Source of the DNA: Candidatus Daviesbacteria bacterium
GTDB taxonomy: Bacteria > Patescibacteriota > Microgenomatia > Daviesbacterales > UBA10151
Length of the DNA stretch: 64,000 nt
Direction of reading: 5' to 3'
Assembly (NCBI GenBank): GCA_016187025.1
Contig: JACPKM010000001.1
Coordinates: forward strand, 320,055 to 384,054
The stretch's first letter is position 1. Every line of letters begins with the position of its first letter. Shown one piece after another: positions 31,940 to 41,129 of this stretch. The notes under the pieces were generated by a model that worked only from the letters and a program-made list of their open reading frames with translations, was not told where the DNA came from and did not search any database. The translations under genes and the position numbers were made by a program.

Positions 31940-32300
31940 GCTTAGGAAGTTAATAAGCCAGATTCTGTTAAGAACGAATCTGTCTTGCGATCTTTGACCT
32001 AAAGCCAGATTCTGTTTCTCGACGATAATTTATCTAACGCCCCATACTTTGCTTTTAAAGCGAGCAGCTTAAGCCATATCTTGGGTTGCAGCGGGGAGGA
32101 TTGCCCTTTGACTCAATGAATCAAATACCCAAAAGCTTGGTCGTTTCACTCGGCGCTACCCGCATCGTCACTGTTGCTCTAACTAGGCCTTACGGCTCCT
32201 CGCCTTACGGCGGGCACCCTGCTCTATGCTGTCTGGACTTTCCTGAACGTAACAAACCGTAAAGCGGTTGTGTACGTCCTAATCGTCCTTCTTCCTAAGC
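31940..32300 (-). ncRNA. rnpB: RNase P RNA
   Basis: Minus strand: P1 GCTTAGGAAG/CTTCCTAAGC, AGGAAAGTCC, AGAGCAACAG, GTGAAAC, GCAA, TAGATAAAT, ACAGAATCTGGCTTA; TATAAT just upstream. Confidence 0.93.
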
Positions 32301-32374
32301 TTATATATTATACCTTTTGTTAAAGAAGCATTCAAATACTAGAGGATTAATAGCCGGTTTTAATTTGGTGGGAG

Positions 32375-32404
32375 TTGACAAACTTATTAAAATTGTTCTA
32401 CATT
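32375..32404 (+). promoter_or_regulatory. Sigma70-like promoter of the candidate ncRNA
   Basis: TTGACA (32375-80), 18-nt spacer, TACATT (32399-404). Confidence 0.65.
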
Positions 32405-32410
32405 AATAAT

Positions 32411-32577
32411 TGTCTATAGTAAAGCATGCACTATGGACTTAACTAAGGATAGGTGAATCTAGATAAGTCGTCTTTAGGGATTGAGTTTGCAGCATGGTCT
32501 ATGTCAATGAAAGTGTGAGGATATAGATTATGAAACTGTAATCTTAGCAAAAGAGCCCGATTTAACGGGCTTTTTTG
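32411..32577 (+). ncRNA. Candidate structured ncRNA of unknown family
   Basis: Three GU-rich helices followed by an intrinsic terminator; upstream promoter; no convincing ORF. Confidence 0.6.
32553..32577 (+). terminator. Intrinsic terminator
   Basis: GAGCCCG-ATTTAA-CGGGCTT followed by a T-run. Confidence 0.8.
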
Positions 32578-32590
32578 TTGGGGAAGAAAT

Positions 32591-32624
32591 GAAAAAGTCC
32601 CCCGATTTTTCGAGAGACTCTTTC
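32591..32624 (-). terminator. Intrinsic terminator downstream of the DUF5679-like gene
   Basis: Minus strand GAAAGAGTCTCTCGA-AAAA-TCGGGGGACTTTTTC. Confidence 0.65.
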
Positions 32625-32695
32625 ATAATGGTGAAATCTGCATATTCGCCAAATGACGATGCAAATACACCTTTCCCAAATTTTCGGGAAGATTT

Positions 32696-32839
32696 TTATG
32701 CTGCGCCACCAATTTTAAACATTTTGGTTCCACACACAGGACAGGTACCCTGAGAAGCTTTTTTACCATTTTTCATGGTAACTTCTTGAACGTTTTCAGC
32801 ATCTCTTTTAGATCGGCATTTTACACAATACATCTGCAT
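32696..32839 (-). CDS. DUF5679-like small zinc-ribbon protein (not in ORF track)
   Basis: MQMYCVKCRSKRDAENVQEVTMKNGKKASQGTCPVCGTKMFKIGGAA*; two CxxC; SD-like GGGGGTGA upstream. Confidence 0.88.
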   Translation of the reverse strand: MQMYCVKCRSKRDAENVQEVTMKNGKKASQGTCPVCGTKMFKIGGAA

Positions 32840-32873
32840 TTATAACTCACCCCCTTTCTTTAATTAGTAGAAA

Positions 32874-33146
32874 TTAAACAAATGGCAACTTAACTAAGTT
32901 ATTTTTCAGTGCCATATATAGAGCAATCTGGACCCCTATGGCCAGAAAAGTTAGTAACCCGACTTTGGCTAAATCTTTTTGTATATAGGATAAATCAGCA
33001 GAAGAAAGATTAGATCTATATGTTGAAGTTTTACCAGAAGTTTGGTATTTGATACCGGATAGCTTACTTTTGCCATAGACTTGACGTCTAAGAATTTTGA
33101 GTCTTTTTTCTATTTCTGATTGTTTGTAGGTTTGCTGGATAGCCAT
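32874..33146 (-). CDS. Hypothetical protein with C-terminal TM
   Basis: MAIQQTYKQSEIEKRLKILR...; TTGACA..TAGGCT promoter upstream. Confidence 0.7.
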   Translation of the reverse strand: MAIQQTYKQSEIEKRLKILRRQVYGKSKLSGIKYQTSGKTSTYRSNLSSADLSYIQKDLAKVGLLTFLAIGVQIALYMALKNNLVKLPFV

Positions 33147-33284
33147 TATTTGAGCGTTACTCCAGATATCGCACGCACAATTGAGCCTAGCACGTTCAAA
33201 TGAGCGTGTCAATACTTCGATCGCGTCTGATAACAGCTTAGTAAAATTTGATTAGATAACCAAGATAGTGAGAGAATAAGAATT

Positions 33285-33647
33285 ATGTTTTCAACTGGTT
33301 CTGAGATTAGATGGAAAAATGGTAATATACTGCTCCCTGCCTCTAAGTGGCAGTCACCCTCAAAAAGAAGAATTCCACGTATTTTAATAGAGCATCGAGC
33401 GCAGGAGGTAGGAGTGTTAATTTATATAGAGAACTCTATGATTGTATTTAAGGAGTCTAATATTCCAGTTGATCAAATAAAGCTAAATGGTGGTCAAAGG
33501 GAGGCTAAGCAATACCAGAGAAGATATCATTTAATACCGGAAGTTATCCAGGGAGAGGATAGTTTTATCTGGATGTCTCAGCCGGGTAACGCTTTAATTT
33601 TATTTAGTAAAGGCAGTAAATATTTCATAAAACCTTCTAGCAGATAG
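33285..33647 (+). CDS. Hypothetical protein
   Basis: 120-aa ORF filling the intergenic space; no recognisable motif. Confidence 0.55.
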   Translation: MFSTGSEIRWKNGNILLPASKWQSPSKRRIPRILIEHRAQEVGVLIYIENSMIVFKESNIPVDQIKLNGGQREAKQYQRRYHLIPEVIQGEDSFIWMSQPGNALILFSKGSKYFIKPSSR

Positions 33648-33724
33648 TTCATTTTCTCACAAATTTGCATTATTAATTTAATAAGTTAGAGTTAATCGTA
33701 TCCTATAACAATTAGGATAAAATT

Positions 33725-35443
33725 ATGGAAACATTAGAGATCTTTATAAAATCTGATAGTATTTCAGCCTTTGACTGGCAGAGGCTGGTTGAAAAGATCA
33801 GAAAATATGATAAAGATATCTCTCTTGAGATATCATTCCAATATAATAATGTAGAATTTTACCTTCACTCAAGAAAGAATATTTCTTCTATAAGTACTCA
33901 ATCTGACGGTTTTATACTAAAACCTTCTCCAGTAAACTCCATGGAGGATTTTAGTGGACATAGAAGAGTTTATTTTAGACTTCCAAGCAATAAAAATATT
34001 TTGGAGGTTAGGGAATCGGAGGAAATAAAAAGACAAAGAGTTATAGAGAATATAAGAATCGACTTAAAAAGTATTCTTAACTTCAAGGTTTATAAAGTGA
34101 CAATTGTCTTAAAGAATCAGTTTGGAGATAGACTGATTTCCACATATCTGACTGCTAAGAATCCCTTAGATAACTTAGAAATAGATTTTAAAAACAATTT
34201 AAAGATAAAGAAGAAAGAAGTTCCTTTATTTCTAAAGACAGATGAAGCAGCCCAGCTTTTTTCATCCCAGGAAAACAATTTTCTTGAGGTGAATGCTTTT
34301 CCTAAATTCTCTCAACCTGTTTATTTTTCTTTGGATAAATTTGAATTCGGAAAGCACAGCTTGATCGTTGGTCAGACAGGGGTAGGTAAATCCAAGTTTC
34401 TTGAGCTGTTTGTAAAAAATTTAGCTAAGTTAGATCAATCTTCTGAATATGCAATCGTAGTTGTTGATCCTCATGCTTCTCTGTACCCTCAGTTTGATGG
34501 GTTAAAGGCCAATAAGGTAAACCTTGATTTTTTAAACTCTTCTTGCAATCTATTTCCTACTTCCTCTGAGCCGAAAATTGCTACAGAGTTAACGATACTT
34601 CTTTTTAAAACCATCCTTAAAGATCAATTTAATGCCAAAATGGAAAGAGTATTAAAGTATGTTATTTACCTGCTATTTTTAACCAGTCAAATGTCCCTTG
34701 TTTCACTGAAAAGATTTCTAACTGAGCTGGAATTCAGAAAATCTATATTGAATACCCTGGGAGATCAATATTCCTATATAAGCCATTTCTTTGAAACAGA
34801 GTTTACAGAACTCCAAACTAAGTTTTATGAGATTGCTATCATGCCTGCTTTGGTATTGGTTGACGAGCTGAGTTTTATCCCAGCTTTTTCTAGTAATACG
34901 CCAAATAATTTAGAGGAAATTCTAAAGAGTAATTTTTTAACTAACTTTTCATTAAATAGAATCTTTTTAGGCGAAAAAGCTACGGTACTTATAGCGGGAT
35001 TAATAATTCAGCAACTGTTCCTAATTGCCCAAAAAGGAAGTTTGAATAAAAAAATTATTCTAATAATAGATGAAGTATCAGTCATAGAGAATGAAAGCTT
35101 AATCAGTATCTTATCGGAGGCAAGAAAATATAATCTTTCCTTATTTTTATCGCAACAATATCTGACACAGATTTCTCCAGCGCTGTTAAAGGCAATTTTG
35201 TCCAATGTTTACAACTACTTTACATTCAAGGTTTCTGATGAAGATGCAAAGATACTTTTGAAAAATTTAGATATCAGTTTTCCTGATGAGACTTTAATTG
35301 AGCAGAAAGAAAAGGGTTTAACAGATGAAGACCTTAAAAGAAACCTTCTTGTTACTCTTAACCCAAGAGAATGCTTGGTGAGAGCATTTGCAAACGGTAA
35401 GTTTTATCCTTGTTTTAAGGCAAAAACAACAGAGGTTATATGA
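33725..35443 (+). CDS. VirD4/TraG/HerA-like P-loop ATPase
   Basis: HSLIVGQTGVGKS, VDPH, LIIDE, SEARKYNL.L..SQQ. Confidence 0.85.
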   Translation: METLEIFIKSDSISAFDWQRLVEKIRKYDKDISLEISFQYNNVEFYLHSRKNISSISTQSDGFILKPSPVNSMEDFSGHRRVYFRLPSNKNILEVRESEEIKRQRVIENIRIDLKSILNFKVYKVTIVLKNQFGDRLISTYLTAKNPLDNLEIDFKNNLKIKKKEVPLFLKTDEAAQLFSSQENNFLEVNAFPKFSQPVYFSLDKFEFGKHSLIVGQTGVGKSKFLELFVKNLAKLDQSSEYAIVVVDPHASLYPQFDGLKANKVNLDFLNSSCNLFPTSSEPKIATELTILLFKTILKDQFNAKMERVLKYVIYLLFLTSQMSLVSLKRFLTELEFRKSILNTLGDQYSYISHFFETEFTELQTKFYEIAIMPALVLVDELSFIPAFSSNTPNNLEEILKSNFLTNFSLNRIFLGEKATVLIAGLIIQQLFLIAQKGSLNKKIILIIDEVSVIENESLISILSEARKYNLSLFLSQQYLTQISPALLKAILSNVYNYFTFKVSDEDAKILLKNLDISFPDETLIEQKEKGLTDEDLKRNLLVTLNPRECLVRAFANGKFYPCFKAKTTEVI

Positions 35444-36135
35444 CAGATCAGCAAATAAAACAGATAACAGATTATATTTTTAAAGAAGTTTTTAGTAGAG
35501 ATAACGCTTTGACCTTACAACAGCTTCAAGATAAATTTGCTATAGATATTCCACGGCCAAGGAAATTTGCTTGCGGTCTATCAGGAGAAAATACCTGGAT
35601 CTTTTCATCTGATAAGGAAAAAGTGGCTTCGCAAAAAGCGGTAGAAAAACGTTTTGGAGAAAATGAATGGATACAACCGTTGCGGGAATTCAATTCGATA
35701 GAAGATATCTTAAAAGCTTGGCAAGAAATAAACTTTCTGACAGGTGAGAAATATATAAACTCTAAAGACATCTTGGAATCAGATAGTATTTACAGCAGCA
35801 GCAATGTTTTTCAGAGTATTTCTATTTTTGACTCCAAGAATATAATTTTTGGCTATAAATTATTTGATTGTAACTATATGTTTGCCTCAAGGGATGATTC
35901 TTCTTGTAATTTAGGTATCAGGGTTAAAGAGAGTATCTATTGCTCTTCTTCTTTTGAAGTTTCCTGGTCTAATAAAGTATCAAAATCCATGTTTATTCAC
36001 GATGGCTTTGATCTTTATGAATGTTTATTTTGTTCTCACTTAAGGTCAAAGAAGTATTGTATCGCTAATATGCAGTTTGAAGAAAAAGAATATTTTAGGA
36101 TCAAACAGATGGTTATTGACTGGATTCTAAGGTGA
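35440..36135 (+). CDS. Hypothetical protein with S/C-rich short repeats (CPR-type)
   Basis: Repeated S..I..S..I..S pattern, C.FC..L..KKYCIAN.Q...EEY tail; overlaps the ATPase stop. Confidence 0.75.
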   Translation: MTDQQIKQITDYIFKEVFSRDNALTLQQLQDKFAIDIPRPRKFACGLSGENTWIFSSDKEKVASQKAVEKRFGENEWIQPLREFNSIEDILKAWQEINFLTGEKYINSKDILESDSIYSSSNVFQSISIFDSKNIIFGYKLFDCNYMFASRDDSSCNLGIRVKESIYCSSSFEVSWSNKVSKSMFIHDGFDLYECLFCSHLRSKKYCIANMQFEEKEYFRIKQMVIDWILR

Positions 36136-36189
36136 GATTATAAGCAATTGACAAAATTTAATAGCAGCTTTATAGTTAAAGAGTAACAT

Positions 36190-36657
36190 ATGTATCCGGA
36201 CGGGGTATGGGTTTTTTTTGCTTTGGTAATTTTGGTCTGGCTTTGTATAATAACTTATTTAGTATTAGGGGAGAAAAAGTTTTTAAAAGAACTTTTTCCC
36301 AAATCAGGCAGTAGAGATATTAGGAAAAAGTTTGAAGAAGTATTATCCGGGGTTGAAGAACTTAGTTCTAGACTGTTAGAATCAAATAAGAAGATTAAAG
36401 AATTAGAATTAAAGGGTTTAGAGCATATTCAACGAGTTGAACTTATGCGCTATAATCCCTACGATGATGCGGGTGGAGATCAGAGTTTTTCGATAGCAAT
36501 TCTTGATGGGGATGGAACAGGTGTGGTACTAACTAGTTTGCATGCAAGATCTGGCACAAGAGTTTATAGCAAACCAGTATTAAAAGGAAAACCTGAAAAC
36601 TATCAGTTTTCCAAAGAGGAAGAGATAGTGGTCAAAAAGGCGATGAAGATGAAATGA
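36190..36657 (+). CDS. DUF4446 family protein
   Basis: N-terminal TM; RYNPY.D.GGDQSFSIA.LD...G.V..SLH.R..TR.Y.KP. Confidence 0.85.
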   Translation: MYPDGVWVFFALVILVWLCIITYLVLGEKKFLKELFPKSGSRDIRKKFEEVLSGVEELSSRLLESNKKIKELELKGLEHIQRVELMRYNPYDDAGGDQSFSIAILDGDGTGVVLTSLHARSGTRVYSKPVLKGKPENYQFSKEEEIVVKKAMKMK

Positions 36658-37838
36658 ATAAAATATTAGAAACCTTTCAAAATTTAACTAACTTTCAAAA
36701 GATACTGATAACTTTAATATTGGTAATTGTTTCTTATGGTGGTTCAACAACCATATCTTATTCATTATTTAGTAGTATTGGTTCAGGTTCCACTGGTGGA
36801 GTAAGTAAAACAGCAGAGTTGCCCGGACCATCTAATGCTTTCCAGGAAGATCCTGGTGAGCCTAAAACAGAAGCTTGTCCTTTAAACGGGGAAATGCGTA
36901 CTAAAAAAGCCCGCGAGTTTTGGGAAAAGAGACGCCCGCTTGCAGTAATGATCGAAAACCATAGCGAGTCCCGTCCTCAATCAGGTCTATCTGTTGCAGA
37001 TATAGTTTATGAAGCTGTAGCAGAAGGAGGGATTAGCCGTTTTATGGCCCTTTTCTACTGTAATTTATCAGATACCCAAGTAGGGCCAGTCAGATCAGCA
37101 AGAACATACTTCCTTGATTGGTTGGGTGAGTATGATGCTTTGTATAGTCATGTTGGGGGAGCAAATACCCCTGGTCCTGCAGATGCCTTAGGGCAAATTA
37201 TCAAATATAATGTAAAAGATTTAAATCAATTTAGTATTGGTTTTCCGGTATTTTGGAGAGATTATCAAAGATTAGGTCATTCTGTTGCTACAGAGCACAC
37301 CATGTATTCAACTACCCAGAAGTTGTGGGAAATTGGAGCAAAAAGAGGATGGACAGCAACAGATTCAGCGGGTATTGCCTGGAATAAAAACTTTGTTGAA
37401 TGGAAATTTAAAGATGGGCAGCCAAACACAGCAGGCACAAGCGAGGTTACTGTTAATTTTTGGGAAAGCCAACCTGCCTACAGAGTTATTTGGAATTATG
37501 ATCCATCCTCCAATACCTATAAAAGAAAAAATGGTGGCGAGGCTCATATGGACTTAAATTACAATACCCAACTTGCCCCAAGGGTTGTTATTGTGCAGTT
37601 TGAGAAGGAATCAAATGCAAACGATGGATACCCGGGCAATGTACATTTGCTTTACGCTACTTCCGGAACAGGAAAAGCTCTTGTATTCCAGGATGGAAAA
37701 GTAGTAGAAGGAAAGTGGTCTAAACTTTCAAGGACAGCGCGTTCTAAATTCTTAGATAGTAGCGGAAAAGAGATTGCTTTAAGCCGTGGTCAAATCTGGA
37801 TTCAAACTGTCCCAGAGGGTTCTAAAGTAAGTTATTAA
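36654..37838 (+). CDS. DUF3048 family membrane-anchored protein
   Basis: RPLAVMIEN...RPQSGL..AD.VYE..AEGGI.RF, GPVRSAR.YF, G..WI. Confidence 0.88.
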   Translation: MNKILETFQNLTNFQKILITLILVIVSYGGSTTISYSLFSSIGSGSTGGVSKTAELPGPSNAFQEDPGEPKTEACPLNGEMRTKKAREFWEKRRPLAVMIENHSESRPQSGLSVADIVYEAVAEGGISRFMALFYCNLSDTQVGPVRSARTYFLDWLGEYDALYSHVGGANTPGPADALGQIIKYNVKDLNQFSIGFPVFWRDYQRLGHSVATEHTMYSTTQKLWEIGAKRGWTATDSAGIAWNKNFVEWKFKDGQPNTAGTSEVTVNFWESQPAYRVIWNYDPSSNTYKRKNGGEAHMDLNYNTQLAPRVVIVQFEKESNANDGYPGNVHLLYATSGTGKALVFQDGKVVEGKWSKLSRTARSKFLDSSGKEIALSRGQIWIQTVPEGSKVSY

Positions 37839-37957
37839 GTTTAAAAATACAATAACTGCTCAGAAAGGTTTGTTAAAGCACAAAAAAAGAAAGTGCTGGA
37901 TGATTCGGTAGTAAGACTGCTACTTTAATTCTGGGCTAGTGCGAGTCATCCGCCAAT

Positions 37958-38545
37958 ATGTTAGAGGAATTGTTTGTATCCCGTGTTCGGGTAAAAATTT
38001 TACAATTGTTTTTGACTTCACCTACCTCTCTTTTACATGTCCGTGAAATAGTCAGGCGTACCCAAGAGGAAATTAATGCTGTTAGGCGGGAACTGGCCAG
38101 GATGGAAAAATTTGGTATGGTAACTTCAGAGTGGAGAGCCAATAGGAGGCTATATAAATTTAGAAAAGATTATGTTTTCTATTCTGAGCTACTTGGACTG
38201 GTAGCCAAAACTACTGGATTGGGAGGCAGTATTTTAAAAAGCAAAGCCAGGGTGGGAAAGATTAAATATGCTTTTGTGTCAATTAGGTTTATGCAAAATA
38301 GACCTTCTACCCAAGAGGATGTAGATGTTTTAGTAGTAGGGCAAATAGTTTTACCTGAGCTTCAAGCCATTATTGCTGATGAACAAACAAGGCGGGAGCA
38401 AGAGATAAATTACTCATTTATGGATGAGGCGGAGTTTAATTTTAGGGTTAAAAGACGCGATCCTTTTATACTGAAAGTATTGGTTCAGCCTAAAATTATG
38501 TTAATAGGTGCAGAAGAAGATCTTTTAGAAGGCATAATTGTTTGA
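37958..38545 (+). CDS. Winged-helix regulator-like protein with nucleotidyltransferase-like C-domain
   Basis: LF.S.VR.K.L..F, VRE..R...E.INAVRREL; C-terminal DVD.LVVG and E.NY..M...EF. Confidence 0.75.
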   Translation: MLEELFVSRVRVKILQLFLTSPTSLLHVREIVRRTQEEINAVRRELARMEKFGMVTSEWRANRRLYKFRKDYVFYSELLGLVAKTTGLGGSILKSKARVGKIKYAFVSIRFMQNRPSTQEDVDVLVVGQIVLPELQAIIADEQTRREQEINYSFMDEAEFNFRVKRRDPFILKVLVQPKIMLIGAEEDLLEGIIV

Positions 38546-39849
38546 AAGATAAAATACTACCCATTTTTATCCTGGTTATAACTCTGGTTGCTTTAGTGGT
38601 GGATTTACCAAAGCTTCCTAAGGTTAAATTACTTGGCCGTGAAGTAAGTATTGAGCTTCCTTTAAAATTGGGACTGGATCTGCAAGGTGGTATGCAGCTT
38701 ATTTTGCAAACTGATATGTCCAAAATTGACTCTAACAATAAAGACGATGCTCTGCAGGCTGCAAGAGAGGTAATTGAAAGACGGGTTAACTTATTCGGTG
38801 TATCTGAGGCAATAGTACAAACATCAAAGGTAGGAGATGACAGAAGAATTATAGTTGAGTTGCCAGGGATCAAAGATGCCACCGGAGCTGCTGATTTAGT
38901 AGGTAAAACTGCCCAGCTTGAGTTTAGGGAATTACCAGCAACAATTTCTGCTGAGATGTCTGAGGCAACCAAATCAGGTATTCCCCTGATTTATTTCTCA
39001 ACTCCGGCTGGTTTAACAGGGGCAGATTTGGAAAAAGCTCAAGTGACATACGGATCTGTAAGTGGGGGTAGTAGCGGTCCACAAGTTGCAATAGAGTTTA
39101 CTAGCGAAGGAGCAAATAAATTTGCCGAGATTACCAAAAGAAATATCGGTAAGTCACTGCCAATTTTTCTGGATGAGCAAATTGTCTCAGCTCCAACAGT
39201 AAATCAGGAGATTTTAGGGGGGAGCGCTGTAATTACTGGGCAGTTTACAACAGATGAAGCCAAAAAGTTAGCAGTGCAATTAAATGCTGGTGCGCTGCCT
39301 GTTCCAATAAAGATTTTAGAACAAAGGGTTATTGGTCCTACCTTAGGGCAGGAAGCAGTCAACAAAAGCTTAGTTGCTGGAATTATCGGTCTTGCCATAG
39401 TGATGGTTTATATGGGTTTATATTACGGACTGTATGGAATCCTGGCAGACATTGCCCTGCTTATTTATACAGCAATAGTTTTGGCCATATTTAAAACTGG
39501 ACTTTTTGTGCTACCACCAGTCACGCTGACTCTGGCAGGAATTGCTGGTTTTATTTTGTCTATTGGTATGGCAGTTGATGCAAATATTTTAATCTTTGAG
39601 CGTATTAAAGAAGAAATCAGATGGGGAAAATCAAAATCATTTGCCTTAAGGTTAGGCTTTGACAGGGCATGGAGTTCGATTTGGGCTTCTAATGTGTCTT
39701 CACTGATAACTGCTGCAATTTTATATTACTTTGGTACTAGTTTGATTAAAGGATTTGCAATTACTTTAGCAATAGGAGTTTTGGTCTCCATGTTTACAGC
39801 AATAGTTGTTACAAGGACATTATTGAGATTGGTGATGAGAAATACATGA
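38542..39849 (+). CDS. secD: Protein translocase subunit SecD
   Basis: LGLDLQGG, RVN.FGVSE, GALPVP, IGPTLG, GMAVDANILIFERIKEE. Confidence 0.97.
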   Translation: MKDKILPIFILVITLVALVVDLPKLPKVKLLGREVSIELPLKLGLDLQGGMQLILQTDMSKIDSNNKDDALQAAREVIERRVNLFGVSEAIVQTSKVGDDRRIIVELPGIKDATGAADLVGKTAQLEFRELPATISAEMSEATKSGIPLIYFSTPAGLTGADLEKAQVTYGSVSGGSSGPQVAIEFTSEGANKFAEITKRNIGKSLPIFLDEQIVSAPTVNQEILGGSAVITGQFTTDEAKKLAVQLNAGALPVPIKILEQRVIGPTLGQEAVNKSLVAGIIGLAIVMVYMGLYYGLYGILADIALLIYTAIVLAIFKTGLFVLPPVTLTLAGIAGFILSIGMAVDANILIFERIKEEIRWGKSKSFALRLGFDRAWSSIWASNVSSLITAAILYYFGTSLIKGFAITLAIGVLVSMFTAIVVTRTLLRLVMRNT

Positions 39850-39852
39850 TAA

Positions 39853-40785
39853 GTGATACGTATTACAAAAAATATGTTATTTCAGTCTAAGAAACCACAT
39901 TATCAATATTTAAAAAGTAAGTGGGGAGCAAAAGATAGGCAACTTCAAAACCAACTTTGGGAAAATCATCAAGATTCTCTAAATTGGTTAGGCAAAACCT
40001 TTCCTATAAAACATTTAGCACTTGGATCTTTGGGCGGGTTAATGTTACTTACAACCCCAGCCACACAAGCTTTACCATCTCCGGAAAATCATTTAAGTCT
40101 CCCCGGTTTGATGGATTCATATGACAAAAATGTTTTCCTGGCTGGGAAGCTAAAGGATTTAGTGCCTGAGGAAGTTAGGCCTTTAACCTCAGATGAAGAA
40201 AAAGATATAGCTCAAGTTTTGACTGTTAATCTAGGGTTTAAAGTTACTCCAGAGTTTGAAGGAAAAAGGTTGGATAGAAATTATGGGTTTATTGGAGGAG
40301 AGCAACATTTGTACCGTTTCCCAGGAGACTCAATATATAAACACACTGATAATGCACAAGATTGGGTAATGTATGGTCCGGCCGGAATTGCTCCTAATCT
40401 GGGAGCTTGGGGCTATTTTGCTCCGTCCCAAAAAGAGTTTAGTGAAACAGACAAACTTAAAGAAAAGTACTACTTGGCTATCCCTACCTTTTTATCATCA
40501 GGGTATGCTGAAAGGGTAGTTGAATATAGAGACTTTTTTAAGTTCAGAAAGATGTTGGTGGTTAATCCAAAAACAGGTCAGGCAGTAGTGGCGGTAATTG
40601 GTGATGCTGGTCCTTCAACTTGGACGGGAAAGCATTTAGGTGGTTCTCCTGAGGTAATGCACTATTTAGGTTTGGCAACTGGTCCTAGAAAAGGAGCAGT
40701 TGTATATTTTTTTATTGATGATCCAGAGGGCAAAATACCCTTGGGTCCTGTTAAATTCGGAAATGATAATATTGCTAGAATATGA
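39853..40785 (+). CDS. Hypothetical membrane-anchored protein with C-terminal RlpA/DPBB-like motif
   Basis: VVNPKTGQAVVAVIGDAGP..GGSPEVM..LGL. Confidence 0.7.
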   Translation: MIRITKNMLFQSKKPHYQYLKSKWGAKDRQLQNQLWENHQDSLNWLGKTFPIKHLALGSLGGLMLLTTPATQALPSPENHLSLPGLMDSYDKNVFLAGKLKDLVPEEVRPLTSDEEKDIAQVLTVNLGFKVTPEFEGKRLDRNYGFIGGEQHLYRFPGDSIYKHTDNAQDWVMYGPAGIAPNLGAWGYFAPSQKEFSETDKLKEKYYLAIPTFLSSGYAERVVEYRDFFKFRKMLVVNPKTGQAVVAVIGDAGPSTWTGKHLGGSPEVMHYLGLATGPRKGAVVYFFIDDPEGKIPLGPVKFGNDNIARI

Positions 40786-41129
40786 AAAGATTTTTTTACA
40801 CTCACTTAATAGAAATTGAATCGCTGACAATAGAGCTTGACGAGCTAGACTTATCTAATGAAGAAAAGACAACTTTGGCAAGTTTAATTGATGAAAATTT
40901 ACATCATCAAATATTGAATGCTGTTTTGTCGGAGCTAAATGATGAAGAAAAAAAGGAATTTTTAAGGCATTTGCATCAAAGTGAGGATGATAAATTATGG
41001 AAATTTTTAAACGAAAAGGTAGATGATATAGAAGACAAAATCAAAAAAGCTGCAAATGATTTAAAAGAGGAGATGTGCAAAGATATTAAAGAGTCCCAAA
41101 GGCTAAAACTTAAAAGTAAAATAATATGA
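40782..41129 (+). CDS. Hypothetical acidic helical protein
   Basis: Overlaps neighbours on both sides (ATGA coupling). Confidence 0.75.
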   Translation: MKRFFYTHLIEIESLTIELDELDLSNEEKTTLASLIDENLHHQILNAVLSELNDEEKKEFLRHLHQSEDDKLWKFLNEKVDDIEDKIKKAANDLKEEMCKDIKESQRLKLKSKII

